A DNA stretch of 63,507 nt, filler included, from Chiloscyllium plagiosum (GCF_004010195.1; 4 parts of one record of this genome joined end to end with filler, not necessarily neighbours in it), one strand, 5' to 3'. Positions 50,741 to 63,180 are shown, numbered from the whole stretch's first letter. Translations and numbers: made by a program. Notes: a model not told the origin generated them from the letters alone.

Positions 50741-53115
50741 TCTCGTGGTGATTGCTAAGATGTTAAGGAGGCAATAGTTGATCAGTTCACGCTGCAAAAA
50801 CACAAAATAATTCTCTACCTGGCAATGGACATAGCAACCAAATACGGTTTGAGGTGATAAGTCGTACATATGAATTCCATCAGGTCGCAGGAAGTATGAA
50901 CATGAATAGACCACATAGCTTCTCGAGCTGACTCTGACATGCAACAGCAGCACGATCGACCCAATATTGTTCACCTCCCATTCTTGACTTTTGCACTAAT
51001 TATTGATTCCTTTCGTGATCAGAATCTATCGATCTCAGCCTTAAATAGAAGCTTGGACTCTTACCCACAGCTCACTGGGGCAAGGGGCCCCGAGGCATAA
51101 TCCTTTGAAAGAAGAAATTCCATCTTATCTGAGTGTTAAATTGAATTGCCTTTATTCTGATCCAATATCATTTAATTCTGGACCCTCCGATAAAGAAAAA
51201 CGTGTTCTCAGCATTTACTTCGTCAAGTCCCTTCAGAATTCTACACATTTAATGACATCATATCTTATAATTCTAAACTTCCCACAGCAGATTTCCATTA
51301 AGCTTTTGCACATTTGCCAGAACCTCCACACCGGGGATTGTGTATCTGAAATTTCGTGAACTGCCCCTAAAGAAATAAGGAGATGGAAATTGTTCACAGG
51401 ACTCCGGATGTGGCCTCACCAGCACTTTGCAGTATCTATTACATATTCTTCTAATCCAACCCCTATGAAATTTGGGCCAAAATTCAATTAGTTTTCCTAA
51501 ATACCTCTTGCACCTCCCAGTGCATTCCTATGTTTCAAGCATTTATGTTCTGCATCTTTTTTCCGTCATTTTCATTTAAATAATGCTGCGTTTTCTTGTT
51601 CTTCCTTTCAGCATGATCAACTTCTCTAGTTTTCACTTTTTATTCCGGTGGGCATAATTAAACCCATTTACTTAACCCATCAGTTACGCTCCGTAGATTG
51701 GTTGTACCACCCTTAGAATTTGCCATGGCACCTGTTGTTGGTATTGTCTGAAAATTTGGCAAAAGTGCATTCCCTTGCTTCCTGCAAATTATTAACGTCG
51801 ATTACAAAACATTTGTAGTACCAGGAGTGACCTTTGTTGAAGCCTTGATAAAACCTACCGATACAGATCACCATTTCCGAAATTCACTCCTGAAGACCAA
51901 TTGTTATTTCCTGCCAAATATCAAGTTTTCAAACTATGCTGATATACTATCCCCAATACCACGGACATTTGTGTATTATCCTTATGCATGGTTCATTGCG
52001 AAAAGCCTTCTGTTAGTTTGAACACTCTGACTGTTTCTGTTCCTTGCGATTAATGTCAGACTTTCTCGAAAAGTTCGAACCAATTTCTCAGAAATTATTT
52101 TCCTTTTCTGGAACCATGTCGCTTTTGCTTGATTAATCTGTGATTTTCCACGTGGACTCCTGTTTTTAACTGAACAGTTGAATCTGTTGCACTGTCTTCA
52201 ACAAGAGGTGTTCAGCAGTTTGTCTCACGGTTAAAAATAATTGGTCACGTTCCTTATTTTTCAAAACGTACGACACGTTGGCAGTTTTAGAATCCTCTTG
52301 TACTCTTTCCGAATTCAGTTTCGTTTTGAAAAATTCAAACCAATATTTCTACTACAATTCGAGTTACACCTTTTCGATTCCAAAGTGCAGTTTATCAGGA
52401 CCAGGAGATTATATGGCCCAACTAATTTCTCTGACACTACTTCATTCCTGATGTGTTGATATTCAATTCCTCCTCTATATTCTTAAACATTAGTAGCTTC
52501 TTTTTGTTTTCTGAAAGAAACACTGAGATTCATTCAATGCTCGGTGTTCATTTCCAGGCTATCACATGAATTATGTAATTCCCACCTTGACTAGAATGTG
52601 TTATTGGCTGGGAGGATGGAATTGCTAAAGGCAAGAAAGAAAATTACTAGTTTTATTGAATAGGATGTGGAGAGCAGTGAATCTCCAGGATGGTAATCAA
52701 TCGTTTAATATTCACTTGTCCATTAATCATGACTGAGGATTCAATTTCAGAAACTGGACAATGGTTAGACTGTGATGAGCCGCCATCTGCATTACTGATG
52801 TAACAATTGGCAATTGGCCAGAGAAGAGTACAGTCGATAATTGATCAATGACAAAAAAGACCTAGATGCCAACTCATGAGGCAAGATTATTTCACGCAAA
52901 GGAAAATGGTCAAAATTCAGAAATGAGGTAAACGACATGACATTAGAATCCAGTGAACAGAAAAGGCAATGGAAATGAAGTCAACGATGCCAGGTGCAGA
53001 TCATACTTTATTTCGAGTATTATGCAAAAGTAAAGTTTGTTTTCTTTGCACAGGTGAATGTGAGTAGTATCAGTGATGATTTGAGGTAATTTCATCTCTA
53101 GAGGTCTGATGCATG

Positions 53116-53121
53116 TATAAA
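53116..53121 (+). promoter_or_regulatory. Candidate TATA box of upstream GPCR paralog (paralog at 58382-58387)
   Basis: TATAAA lies 84 nt upstream of the ATG in both copies, inside a block more conserved than its flanks. Confidence 0.55.
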
Positions 53122-53199
53122 TGCACATTACCTTTCCATACCTTGGCCACACACCAGTCAACGACCTTCAGCCTCTGCTGAAGACATTCATTCTCAGAA

Positions 53200-53269
53200 A
53201 TGGCAAAAGCACCGATTTTGCTGTTGAAAGAGATTTACTATCCACTTCTCGCAGCTTTTAGTCTTCCAG
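53200..53269 (+). CDS. Exon 1 of a GPR139-like class A GPCR (remainder presumably in gap)
   Basis: ATG...MAKAPILLLKEIYYPLLAAFSLP(G) with an intact CAG|GTAAAC donor. The YYPxLA...P motif of TM1 is typical of this receptor group. Paralogous to 58466-58535. Confidence 0.72.
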
Positions 53270-53930
53270 GTAAACCATTCAATCAGTTTGTGTTTAATTG
53301 AGTTTCGTTTTACAATGTTAATGCCACATACTCTATGTCTTAGTGTTACAAGGACAATATCGAGAATCCTGTCGAGACAATTTTTCCTATTCCCCTTTTC
53401 TCGAAGCATTAGTAGTTTAGCAATAATAATNNNNNNNNNNNNNNNNNNNNNNNNNNNNNNNNNNNNNNNNNNNNNNNNNNNNNNNNNNNNNNNNNNNNNN
53501 NNNNNNNNNNNNNNNNNNNNNNNNNNNNNNNNNNNNNNNNNNNNNNNNNNNNNNNNNNNNNNNNNNNNNNNNNNNNNNNNNNNNNNNNNNNNNNNNNNNN
53601 NNNNNNNNNNNNNNNNNNNNNNNNNNNNNNNNNNNNNNNNNNNNNNNNNNNNNNNNNNNNNNNNNNNNNNNNNNNNNNNNNNNNNNNNNNNNNNNNNNNN
53701 NNNNNNNNNNNNNNNNNNNNNNNNNNNNNNNNNNNNNNNNNNNNNNNNNNNNNNNNNNNNNNNNNNNNNNNNNNNNNNNNNNNNNNNNNNNNNNNNNNNN
53801 NNNNNNNNNNNNNNNNNNNNNNNNNNNNNNNNNNNNNNNNNNNNNNNNNNNNNNNNNNNNNNNNNNNNNNNNNNNNNNNNNNNNNNNNNNNNNNNNNNNN
53901 NNNNNNNNNNNNNNNNNNNNNNNNNNNNNN

Positions 53931-54480
53931 CTATTCTCGAGAAATAAAACGCAAGATTGAAATGGTATGCTGGTTTTATTACTGCCTGAGTTTTTCCAAA
54001 TACCTGAAATGTATGCCAAGTACAGGAAAAGATCAACCACACCCTTATGTAGTCCAGGCCAGGAGAAAGGCTTTTTTTCTTTAGCTTGAGGTTTTCCTAA
54101 ATACTGAATGACCTTGTATTGTTAATTCATGTGCTACATGCAACACCACCTGTCTATAACCCCATAGTAATACAACTTAATGAACCTCTGCCTATTTCTG
54201 ATCCGCATAATATTTGATAGTTTGCATTTCCTGATCAGGATATCATTTTTAAGATCGTAACATTCGGGAATACACTTAGATGTTTGTATGTCAACGCTAT
54301 TTGTTATAATTGCTTCAGTTTTTTCAACTTCTTGTTGTGACTGAGTTAATTGCTTTGCACGAAAAATATCTGCTTTTTCCTTCACTTATTCTCTTTCTGA
54401 TTGAGTCACTGGGTCAGGCATGGCCTCTTATAATTCAACTTCAACTTCCTTATCTGTATTCTGTGATATTTTTTTTCTCC
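53931..54480 (-). mobile_element. Ty3/Gypsy integrase zinc-finger remnant
   Basis: Decayed VGYRQVVLHVAHE...GH...WPGLHKGVV..CTWHTFQVFGKTQAVIKPA, the HHCC region. Confidence 0.75.
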
Positions 54481-54599
54481 TGTTTCAACTGGTGGGTTTG
54501 TGACCTTGTTATCACACAGACAGGAGAAATCCCAGTGTATACTTCCTGGAATTCTTCAGTTGTCTGATTCTGTGCTGGCTATTCGACCACCGTGGGTAA

Positions 54600-55630
54600 C
54601 ACTCCTACATCCTGTGGTGATTCCATTTCCTGTGTTGGTGATTTCATTTCCTGTTCTGTTTCTCAGAGGATAATAACTGGGATAGCAATCGTTGGTTTGG
54701 TTGATAGAGTTCCTGTTGAAATGCCACGCATCTAGGAATCTCGTGAGTGTCTCTGTTTGACTTGTCCGAGAATGGATATATAGTCCCAGTCGAAGTGGTG
54801 TCTTTCCTTATCTGTATGTATAGACACTAGTGATAGTTGGGTATGTTTTGGTGGCAAGTTGATGTGCATGTATCCTGGAGGCTAGCTTTGCGTTTGTTTG
54901 TCCAAAACAGTTTTTCGCAAATGACGTTCATTTTGCTTGTTGACTGTAATGAGCCTTTCAAGTTCATTAGATGCTGTTTTAGTGTGTTGGTGGGTTTTTG
55001 GGCTGCCATGATGACAAATGAAGAATCTGGCAGTCATTTCTAAGATGTGTTTAATGAAGGGGAGTGTGCCCAAGATTTCTGGGAGTGTTTTGTCTGCTTC
55101 TTTGGTTTAGTTGCTGAGACATCGACGGACTGTGCTCATTGGGTACACATTCTTTTTGAATACAGTGGAAGTGCGGTTTTCTCCTGCTGGTCGTAGTTCC
55201 TCTGTGCTGCTGTGTGTGGTGGCTGGTTGAAATAACGTACTAATGCAGCTTCATTTGTGGAAGAAGAGGAAAACGTTTGTGAAAACCACAATAATGTGCC
55301 ATTCCTATATGTCACAGGAGAATGAACAGTCTAAGGGGGAACTTCAAACCAACATCTACAGGAAAGAACATATACGGACCAAATACAGAACTGAAGGAGC
55401 AATCATCCCAACATTAACACGAAGCTGCATTCGAACATTTTCTGAGAAAAAGCACAGGAAATGGCATCACCATAAGAAATGACATCACCAGCCCAAGGAA
55501 ACTTAAGCACAGAAATAGAATGTGGTCCACAACTCCAGTGCTTCACCGGAGGCTCACTGATGATGTTACCTCGTATGGTGACGTAACGTCTGAAAGCGAA
55601 CTTTGCCGTTCACTGACCAAATTTACGTCC
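54600..55630. mobile_element. Penelope-like fragments (minus GIY-YIG part, then plus RT C-term/pseudo-LTR with hammerhead core at 55554-55593)
   Basis: Minus: NVICEK...GQTKRKL..RIHAHQLATK. Plus: TCA-CTGATGA-TGTTACCTCGTATGGTGAC-GTAA-CGTC-TGA (GAAA mutated to GTAA). Confidence 0.78.
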
Positions 55631-57238
55631 AGTAATCTCATGGGGATTGGAGAGTTGTTTATGAAGGGAATACTTAACCAGTTCACGCTGCAAAAACACG
55701 AAAGTAACTCACTTCCTGGCAATGGGCAAAACAACCAAATATTTACTACAATGGTTTGAGGCTATACTTCATACATATTAAGGCCATTAGGTCTCAGGAA
55801 GTATAAACAACAATGGACCATACTGCTTCGAGAGTTGACTCTGATATACATCAGGAGCATGAACGACCCAATACTGTTCACCTTCCATTCCTTGCCTTCC
55901 CCGTAATAAATGAATCTATCTGTTTCAGCCTTAACTAGAAGCGTGGACCTGCGGCTTTCTGTGGCAAGGGGTGCCGAGACACAAGCGTTTGTGAAAAGAA
56001 TTTCCATCTTATCTGAGTCTTAAAATGAATTGCCTTTATTTTGATCCAAAATCATTTGATGCTAGACTCTGCGATGACAGAAAACGCATTCTCAGCATTT
56101 ACCTCGTCAAGTCCCTTCAGAATTCTACACATTTCAATGACATCACCTCTCATAATTATAAACTTCTAGGGGTAGGTTCCTAACCAGATTAGCTTTTGCA
56201 CATTCAACAAATTCTTACACCGGGGTTGATTATCTGAAATTTTGTGAACTGTCTCCAAAGAATTAACATATTTTCTGAATATAAGGAGGCGGAAGTTGTT
56301 CACAGTAATCCAGATGTGGTCCCACCAGCACTTTGCAGTAAATATTACATATTCTTCTAATTTTGGCCCTTTCGAAATTTGGGCCAAAATTCAATTAGTT
56401 TTCCTGATTATCTCTTGCACCTCTCTGTTCATTTCTATGTTTCATGCAGATGTATTCTCAAGCATTTATGAGCCCATTTCTGTCATTTTCATTTAAATAA
56501 TTCGGCGTTTTCTTGTTCTCCCTTTCAACATGAAAACCTTCTCTTTTTTATCATTTTTTATTCAATTGGACATTTTTTTGACCACTTACTTAATCCATCA
56601 TTGACTCTCTGCAGATGGGTTGTGAATTAGAATTTGCTTTGTCACCTGTTGTTGTGTTGCCCGAAAATTTGGCAAAAGTGCATTCCCTTTCCTTCCTGCA
56701 AATCATTAATAAAGATTCCAAAACACGTGTAGTACCAGGGCTGACCCCTGTTGAACCCGTATCAATAAAGATCGCCATTTCTAAAAATAACTCCTGAACA
56801 CCATTTGCTATTTCCTGCCAAATACCAACTTCTCAAACTATGCTGATATACCTATCTCTGATACCATGGACACCTGTGTCTGTGCCTTTTTAGCATGGTT
56901 CCTTGTGAAACACATTCTGGTAGTTTGAACGCTCTGCTTTGACTGTTTCTCTTTCTTTCGATTATGATTTAGACTTCATCGAAAAGGTTAAAGGACGTTT
57001 TCAGCAATTGATTTATTTTTCTGGAGACACATTAATTTTGCTTGATTAATCTGTGATTTTCAAAGTGGACCGCTATTCTTTAATGAACAGTTGAATCTGC
57101 TGCATTTGTTTTCAACAAGAGATGGTCAGCAGATTGGCTCACGGTTAACATGGTTTGGTCACGTTCCCTTTTTTTTTCAAAAAGTATGACACATTGGCAG
57201 TTTTTGAAATCTCTGGTACTCTTTCCGAATTCAGTTTC

Positions 57239-57369
57239 TAGAACATAGAACACAGAGCTTAGAAGAATACAGCGTAGAACAGGCCCTTCGGCCCTCGATG
57301 TTGAGCCGACCTGTGAACTATTCTCAACTCGTCCCCCCACACTATCCCAAAATCATCCATGTGCTTATC
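57239..57369 (-). mobile_element. Short CR1 3'-end insertion
   Basis: Reverse-complemented CR1 tail (AGAACATAGAAC...AGGCCCTTCGGCCC); absent from the paralogous site at ~52315-52325. Confidence 0.8.
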
Positions 57370-57454
57370 TTTCATTTTGTGTTTGAAAAATTAAAACCAA
57401 TGCACATACTACATCTGTAGTTACATCTTTTCGAATTCCAGGGTGTAATTTATT

Positions 57455-57650
57455 CGGAAAAGCGCAGCAGGTCAGGCAGCATCCAAGGAGCAGGAGAATC
57501 GACATTTCGTGCATGAGCCCTTCTTCGGAAGAAGGGCTCATGCCCGAAACCTCGATTCTCCTGCTCCTTGGATGCTGCCTGACGTTCTGCGCTTTTCCAG
57601 CAACACATTTTCAGCTCTGATCTCCAGCATCTGCAGTCCATATTTTCTCC
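57455..57650. mobile_element. Palindromic Penelope terminal-repeat insertion with 11-bp TSD
   Basis: 57456-57598 is a near-perfect inverted repeat centred on 57527. Flanks are TGTAATTTATT (57444-57454) and TGTAATTAATT (57651-57661). The paralog at ~52385 is empty. Confidence 0.88.
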
Positions 57651-58465
57651 TGTAATTAATTAGGACCAGGAGATTATATGGCCCAAATGAATTTCTCTGA
57701 CAATACTTCTCTCCTGATGAGTTAACTTTCAATTCCTCCTGTATATTCTTATACATTGGTAGCTTCATTGTGTTTTCTGAAAGAAACACTGAGATTCATT
57801 CAAGTGCTCGATGTTCATACCCAGGCTACCAGATGGACAACATCAATTTTCAGCTTGAATAGAATGTATCACTTGTTGGGACGATGGCATTCTTAGAGTT
57901 ATGGAAAATTACTGGTTTTGTTAAATAGGATGTGGAGAGCAGTCAATCTCCAAGATGGTAATCAATCGTTTAGAATTCCCTTGTCAATTTATCACGACTG
58001 GGTATTCGATTTCAGAAACTGGACAATGGTTAGACTGTGATGAGCTATCGTATGCATTACTGGCATAACAATTAGCAATTGGTCAGAGAAGAGCTCCGTC
58101 CATAAAGGGATCAATGACAAAAAAAACGTAGATGCCAATTTCCAAGGCAAGTTTATTTCACACAAAGGAAAGCCGTCTAAATTCAGAAATGAGGTAAAGT
58201 ACATGACAATAGAATCCAATGAACAGAGAAGGCAATGGAAGTGAAGTCAACGATGCCAGGTGCAGATTATATTCAATTTAGGATATTATGAAAAATAAAA
58301 CTTTGTTTTAGTTTCACACGTGAATGCGAGTAGAATCAGTGATGATATGAGATAATTACATCTCTAGAGGTCTGGTGCATGTATAAATGCACATTACCTT
58401 TCCATACCTTGGCCACACACCAGTCACCGACCTTCAGCCTCTGCTGAAGACATTCATTCTCAGAA

Positions 58466-59883
58466 ATGGCAAAACCACCGGTTTTGCTATTGAAGGAGTG
58501 TTACTATCCACTTCTCGCAGCTGTTAGTCTTCCAGGGAAGCCATTCAACCCGTTTGTATTAAATTGATTTTAGTTTTTTCTTGTTAATGCCGCATACTGT
58601 ATGTCTCTTTGCTTCCAGATCAACATCGAGTATCGGGTCAGTGCACTTTTGCCTTTTCCCTTTTTTTCTGGAAGCTTTAGTGGTTTAATAAGAATCATTC
58701 AAATGAATGTACTCGGAAAATATGTTTGTTGATCTTCAGACAGTCCGAGAATCCCATGTAGAATGAAACAGGAACAGCATGTTAAATGTCTGGGTAAATT
58801 TTGTAGTTTATAACTAACTCAGAATGTGTTCAAACGCTCTTATTAAGTACCTTCACCTCTGCTTCAATCATGCATTGCAATATTAACGATCATTTCTGTT
58901 TCACTGACAACGAACGTGATGACTATTTTAATTCACTGCCGAGGAAACTGTGATCTGTCCAAATGCATCTCGGTTTACTTGGTGGCCATGGCAACGTCGG
59001 ATCTAATAGTTATTGTCAATAGTATTATAGTGTATCGTATTTTGAGTTATCACTTTCCATTTTCCTTCTTCTCCCACACATCTGTGTGCAAGCTCATTTC
59101 ATAGTTGACTACCATCGGTCTGGATCTAACTGTTTGGTTCACCATTTCCTTCACATTTGACAAATTTGTGGCGATCTGCTGTCAGAAGTTTAAGACTCAA
59201 CATTGCACTGAAAAAACTGCAATCACAATATTAATAATCGTCTCCGTTCTGACCTTGTTAAAGAACACCCCAGTTTTGTTTGCATATGAACCAGTGCAAA
59301 TCGTTAATAAAATTGAATGGGGCTGCCGGTCAATTGTAACTTTCATTGCTTCATCTCCAGGGACAACTTTTGTCTGGTTCTACAGCACCGGGGTTGCTTG
59401 GCTTCCATTTCTCCTAATTTTCTTGTTTAATTCTTTAACCATCCACCGTGTTTTCATTGCTTCATCTCCAGGGACAACTTTTGTTTGGTTCTACAGCACC
59501 TGGGTTGCTTGGCTTCCATTTCTCCTAATTTTCTTGTTTAATTCTTTAACATCCACCGTGTTGTCGTGGCAAATAGAACTCGCATTGGACTCCAGGGTCA
59601 CAGAACTGAGAGGCAAAGCAATTCCAGAATGGACAAACGGAGGAATACCATAATTTTGTTATTCTCGGTATCAGGCAGTTTCATATTGCTTTGGTCGACA
59701 CATTCTGTGAGTTTGGTCATGACCAGACTGTCACACGGTAATTACTATCGCGGTGACTTTAACATTCCTGAATACATCGCGACTGAAACAGGAGGTTTGT
59801 TGAAGTTGTTGAGTTGTTTCCTGAACCCATGCATTTATGCAGCAACCCAGAACAAATTCAGAGAAGAGCTAAAAAACGTGGGG
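58466..59883 (+). pseudogene. GPR139-like class A (rhodopsin-family) GPCR pseudogene, two exons (58466-58535; 58911->59883)
   Basis: Exon 1 MAKPPVLLLKECYYPLLAAVSLP. Exon 2 ANVMTILIHCRGNCDLSKCISVYLVAMATSDL (TM2), FTFDKFVAICC (DRY-like), LPFLLIFLFNSLT (TM5), KRRNTIILLFSVSGSFILLW (TM6), LNPCIYA (NPxxY). Lesions: donor GG, acceptor AA, TAG at 59102-59104, 111-bp duplication and a frameshift. Confidence 0.92.
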
Positions 59884-59983
59884 NNNNNNNNNNNNNNNNN
59901 NNNNNNNNNNNNNNNNNNNNNNNNNNNTTAATTAATTAANNNNNNNNNNNNNNNNNNNNNNNNNNNNNNNNNNNNNNNNNNNN

Positions 59984-61258
59984 AAGTTGAATCAGGAGCT
60001 GAAATTGGCCTGTCGCAAAGATGTTACTACAGTTGTTATGGGGGATTTCAACATGCAGGTAGACTGGGAGAATCAGGATGGTGTTGGACCTCAAGAAAGA
60101 GACTTTGTGGAGTGCCTCCGGGATGGATTCTTAGATCAGGTGGTGCTGGAGCCGACCAGGGAGAAGGCAATTCTGGATCTGGTATTGTGCAACGAACCAG
60201 AATTGATTAGGGACCTCGAAGTGAAGAAGCCATTGGGAAGTAGTGACCATAATACAATAAGCTTCAATCTGCAATTTGAGAGGGAGCGGGTACAATCGGA
60301 AGTGACAATATTTCAGTTGAATAAATGGAACTATGGAGCTATGAGGGAGAAGCTGGCCAAAGTTCAATGGTGCAATACCTTAGCAGCGATGACAGTGGAG
60401 GAACAATTGCGGATATTTCTGTGTATAATGCAGAGGCTGCAGGATCAGTTCATTCCAAAAAGGAAGAAAGATCCGAGGAGGAGGCAGGATTGGCCGTGGC
60501 TGACAAGGGAAGTTAAGAAACATATAAAGTTAAAAGAGAAAAAGTATAACATAGCAAAGATCAGTGGGAAAACGGAGGACTGTGAAGCTTTTAAATAAGA
60601 ACAGAGGATTACCAAGAAGGAAATACGCAGAGAAAAAAATGAGGTCCGAAGGTAAACTGGCCAATAATATAAAGGAGGATAGTAAAAGTATTTTTAGGTA
60701 TGTGAAAGGCAAGAAAATAATGGTTAAGACTACAATTGGGCCCTTGAAGACAGAAACAATGGAATATATTACGGGGAACAAAGAAATGGCAGATGAATTG
60801 AATTGGTACTTCAGATCTCTGTTCACTGGGGAAGACACAAGCAATCTCCCTGAGGTAACAGTCGCTGAAGGACCTGCACTTAAGGGAATTTGCCAGAAAT
60901 TGGTGTTGGAGAGACTTTTAGGTCTGAAGGTTGATAAGTGCCCGGGGTCTGATGGTCTACATCCCAGAATTCTGAAGGAGGTGGCTCGAGAAATCGTGGA
61001 TGCGTTGGTGATTATTTTCTAGAGTTCGATAGATTCGGGATCGGTTCCTGCGGATTGGAGTGTGGTTAATGTTATGCCACTTTTTAAGAAAAGTGGGAGA
61101 GAGAAAGCAGGAAAATATAGACCAGTTAGTCTGACCTCAGTGGTGGGAAAGATTGTGGAGTCTATTATAAAGGATGAAATTAGGACATAGCTGGATAGTA
61201 GCAACAGGATAGGTCAGAGTCAGCATGGATTTATGAAAGGGAAATCATGCTTGACTAA
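59984..61258 (+). mobile_element. CR1 LINE ORF2 fragment (EN to RT start), interrupted by SINE
   Basis: VVMGDFNMQVDW...ILDLVLCNE...GSSDHNTI; DKCPGSDGLHPRILKE; QHGFMKGKSCLTN. Confidence 0.95.
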
Positions 61259-61487
61259 TGTGGGCGGCACGGTGGCACGGTGGCAAGCACTGCTGCCTCA
61301 CAGCGCCAGAGACCCGGGTTCAATTCCCGCCTCAGGCGACTGACTGTGTGGAGTTTGCACGTTCTCCCCGTGTCTGCGTGGGTTTCCTCCGGGTGCTCCG
61401 GTTTCCTCCCACATCACAAAAGATGTGCAGGGTCAGGTGAATTGGGCATACTAAATTGCCCGTAGTGTTAGGTAAGGGGTAAATGTA
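61259..61487 (+). mobile_element. HE1/V-SINE with intact tRNA-derived head (3' end in gap)
   Basis: A-box-like GGTGGCACGGTGG, B box GGGTTCAATTCCC and V-domain GTGTGGAGTTTGCACGTTCTCCCCGTGTCTGCGTGGG. Confidence 0.93.
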
Positions 61488-62310
61488 NNNNNNNNNNNNN
61501 NNNNNNNNNNNNNNNNNNNNNNNNNNNNNNNNNNNNNNNNNNNNNNNNNNNNNNNNNNNNNNNNNNNNNNNNNNNNNNNNNNNNNNNNNNNNNNNNNNNN
61601 NNNNNNNNNNNNNNNNNNNNNNNNNNNNNNNNNNNNNNNNNNNNNNNNNNNNNNNNNNNNNNNNNNNNNNNNNNNNNNNNNNNNNNNNNNNNNNNNNNNN
61701 NNNNNNNNNNNNNNNNNNNNNNNNNNNNNNNNNNNNNNNNNNNNNNNNNNNNNNNNNNNNNNNNNNNNNNNNNNNNNNNNNNNNNNNNNNNNNNNNNNNN
61801 NNNNNNNNNNNNNNNNNNNNNNNNNNNNNNNNNNNNNNNNNNNNNNNNNNNNNNNNNNNNNNNNNNNNNNNNNNNNNNNNNNNNNNNNNNNNNNNNNNNN
61901 NNNNNNNNNNNNNNNNNNNNNNNNNNNNNNNNNNNNNNNNNNNNNNNNNNNNNNNNNNNNNNNNNNNNNNNNNNNNNNNNNNNNNNNNNNNNNNNNNNNN
62001 NNNNNNNNNNNNNNNNNNNNNNNNNNNNNNNNNNNNNNNNNNNNNNNNNNNNNNNNNNNNNNNNNNNNNNNNNNNNNNNNNNNNNNNNNNNNNNNNNNNN
62101 NNNNNNNNNNNNNNNNNNNNNNNNNNNNNNNNNNNNNNNNNNNNNNNNNNNNNNNNNNNNNNNNNNNNNNNNNNNNNNNNNNNNNNNNNNNNNNNNNNNN
62201 NNNNNNNNNNNNNNNNNNNNNNNNNNNNNNNNNNNNNNNNNNNNNNNNNNNNNNNNNNNNNNNNNNNNNNNNNNNNNNNNNNNNNNNNNNNNNNNNNNNN
62301 NNNNNNNNNN

Positions 62311-62756
62311 CTCTGCCCCAGAGGGCAATGGAGGCCCAGTCTCTGGATTCATTTGAGATAAAGTTGGATTGAGCTCTCAAGGATTGTGGAATCAAGGTTT
62401 ATGGAGATAAGGCAGGAACAAGATACTGATTAAGGATGATCAGCCATGATCATATTGAATGGTGGTGCAGGCTCGAAGGGCAGAATGGCCTACTCCTTTG
62501 GTAGCAAGAACAAGAAGGCAGATTACTACGTAAATGGAATCAATTTAAGCAAATGGGCAGTACTGAGGGACCTGGCTGTTCTAGTACACCAGTTAATGAA
62601 GGAAAGCATGCAGGTATAGCAGGTAGTGAAGAAGGCTAATAGCATGCTGGCCTTCATAACAAGAGGGATTGAGTATAGAAGCAAAGAGGTTCTTCTGCAG
62701 CGGTACAGCGCCCTGGGGAGACCACAACTGGAGTACTATTGTCTATTGTCTATTGT
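62311..62756 (+). mobile_element. Rearranged CR1 3' fragments ending in (CTATTGT)n
   Basis: 3' UTR GGGCAGAATGGCCTACTCCT is followed by a more 5' ORF2 piece (VKKANSMLAFITRGIEY...LEY) and then a tail. Confidence 0.85.
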
Positions 62757-62759
62757 TAC

Positions 62760-63180
62760 ACCACCACATACAGGAATATAATACTATGCTCTGAGTTGAA
62801 ATTCGGAACGCTGCTCCGGTAAAACAATACCCATACACTCTTCATCCTACAAAATCACATAGGCCCAGAAGGAAGCGGATGCGATGCACAACGAAGATAT
62901 CTTTGAACTGGGTCGGAGTGAATGCAGTTTCTCGACTGTGGTAGTTCCAAAATCTGATGGTACCAATAATTTTGAGTAGATAATCGGAAGTTCAACACAA
63001 TAACTAAATGAGAGTCCTACCGAGTACCTAGATTGGAGTAGTGTGTAGAAAAAGTTCAATAAACCACGTCCATAATGAAGTATGAATTGCCGCATGATTA
63101 TTCTCAGTTAACCTTTTTTCAGTGAAAGCATAGGAGGTTTCTGCTTGTAATACCAAATGGGCTACATCATTACAAGAAAA
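62760..63180 (+). mobile_element. Ty3/Gypsy reverse transcriptase N-terminal remnant
   Basis: Decayed PY.LHP...QKEADAMHNEDIFE..RSECSFSTVVVPKSDGT...D.RKFNTITK.ESYRVPRLE.CVEKV. Confidence 0.78.

Larger units (their letters stand above)
50330..58700 (+). repeat. Older ~5-kb tandem duplication (~50330-53430 vs ~55200-58700) containing GPCR promoter/exon 1 and old CR1 debris
   Basis: Colinear matches such as 52920-53270 vs 58185-58535 and 51120-51260 vs 56005-56140; visibly more diverged than copies A/B. Confidence 0.88.

Noticed and set aside
61259..61330. tRNA-like A/B boxes
   Set aside because: This is the head of a SINE, continuous with the V-domain, and not a tRNA gene.
14768..62395. Long ORFs containing X runs
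   Set aside because: These are artefacts of translating through N gaps.
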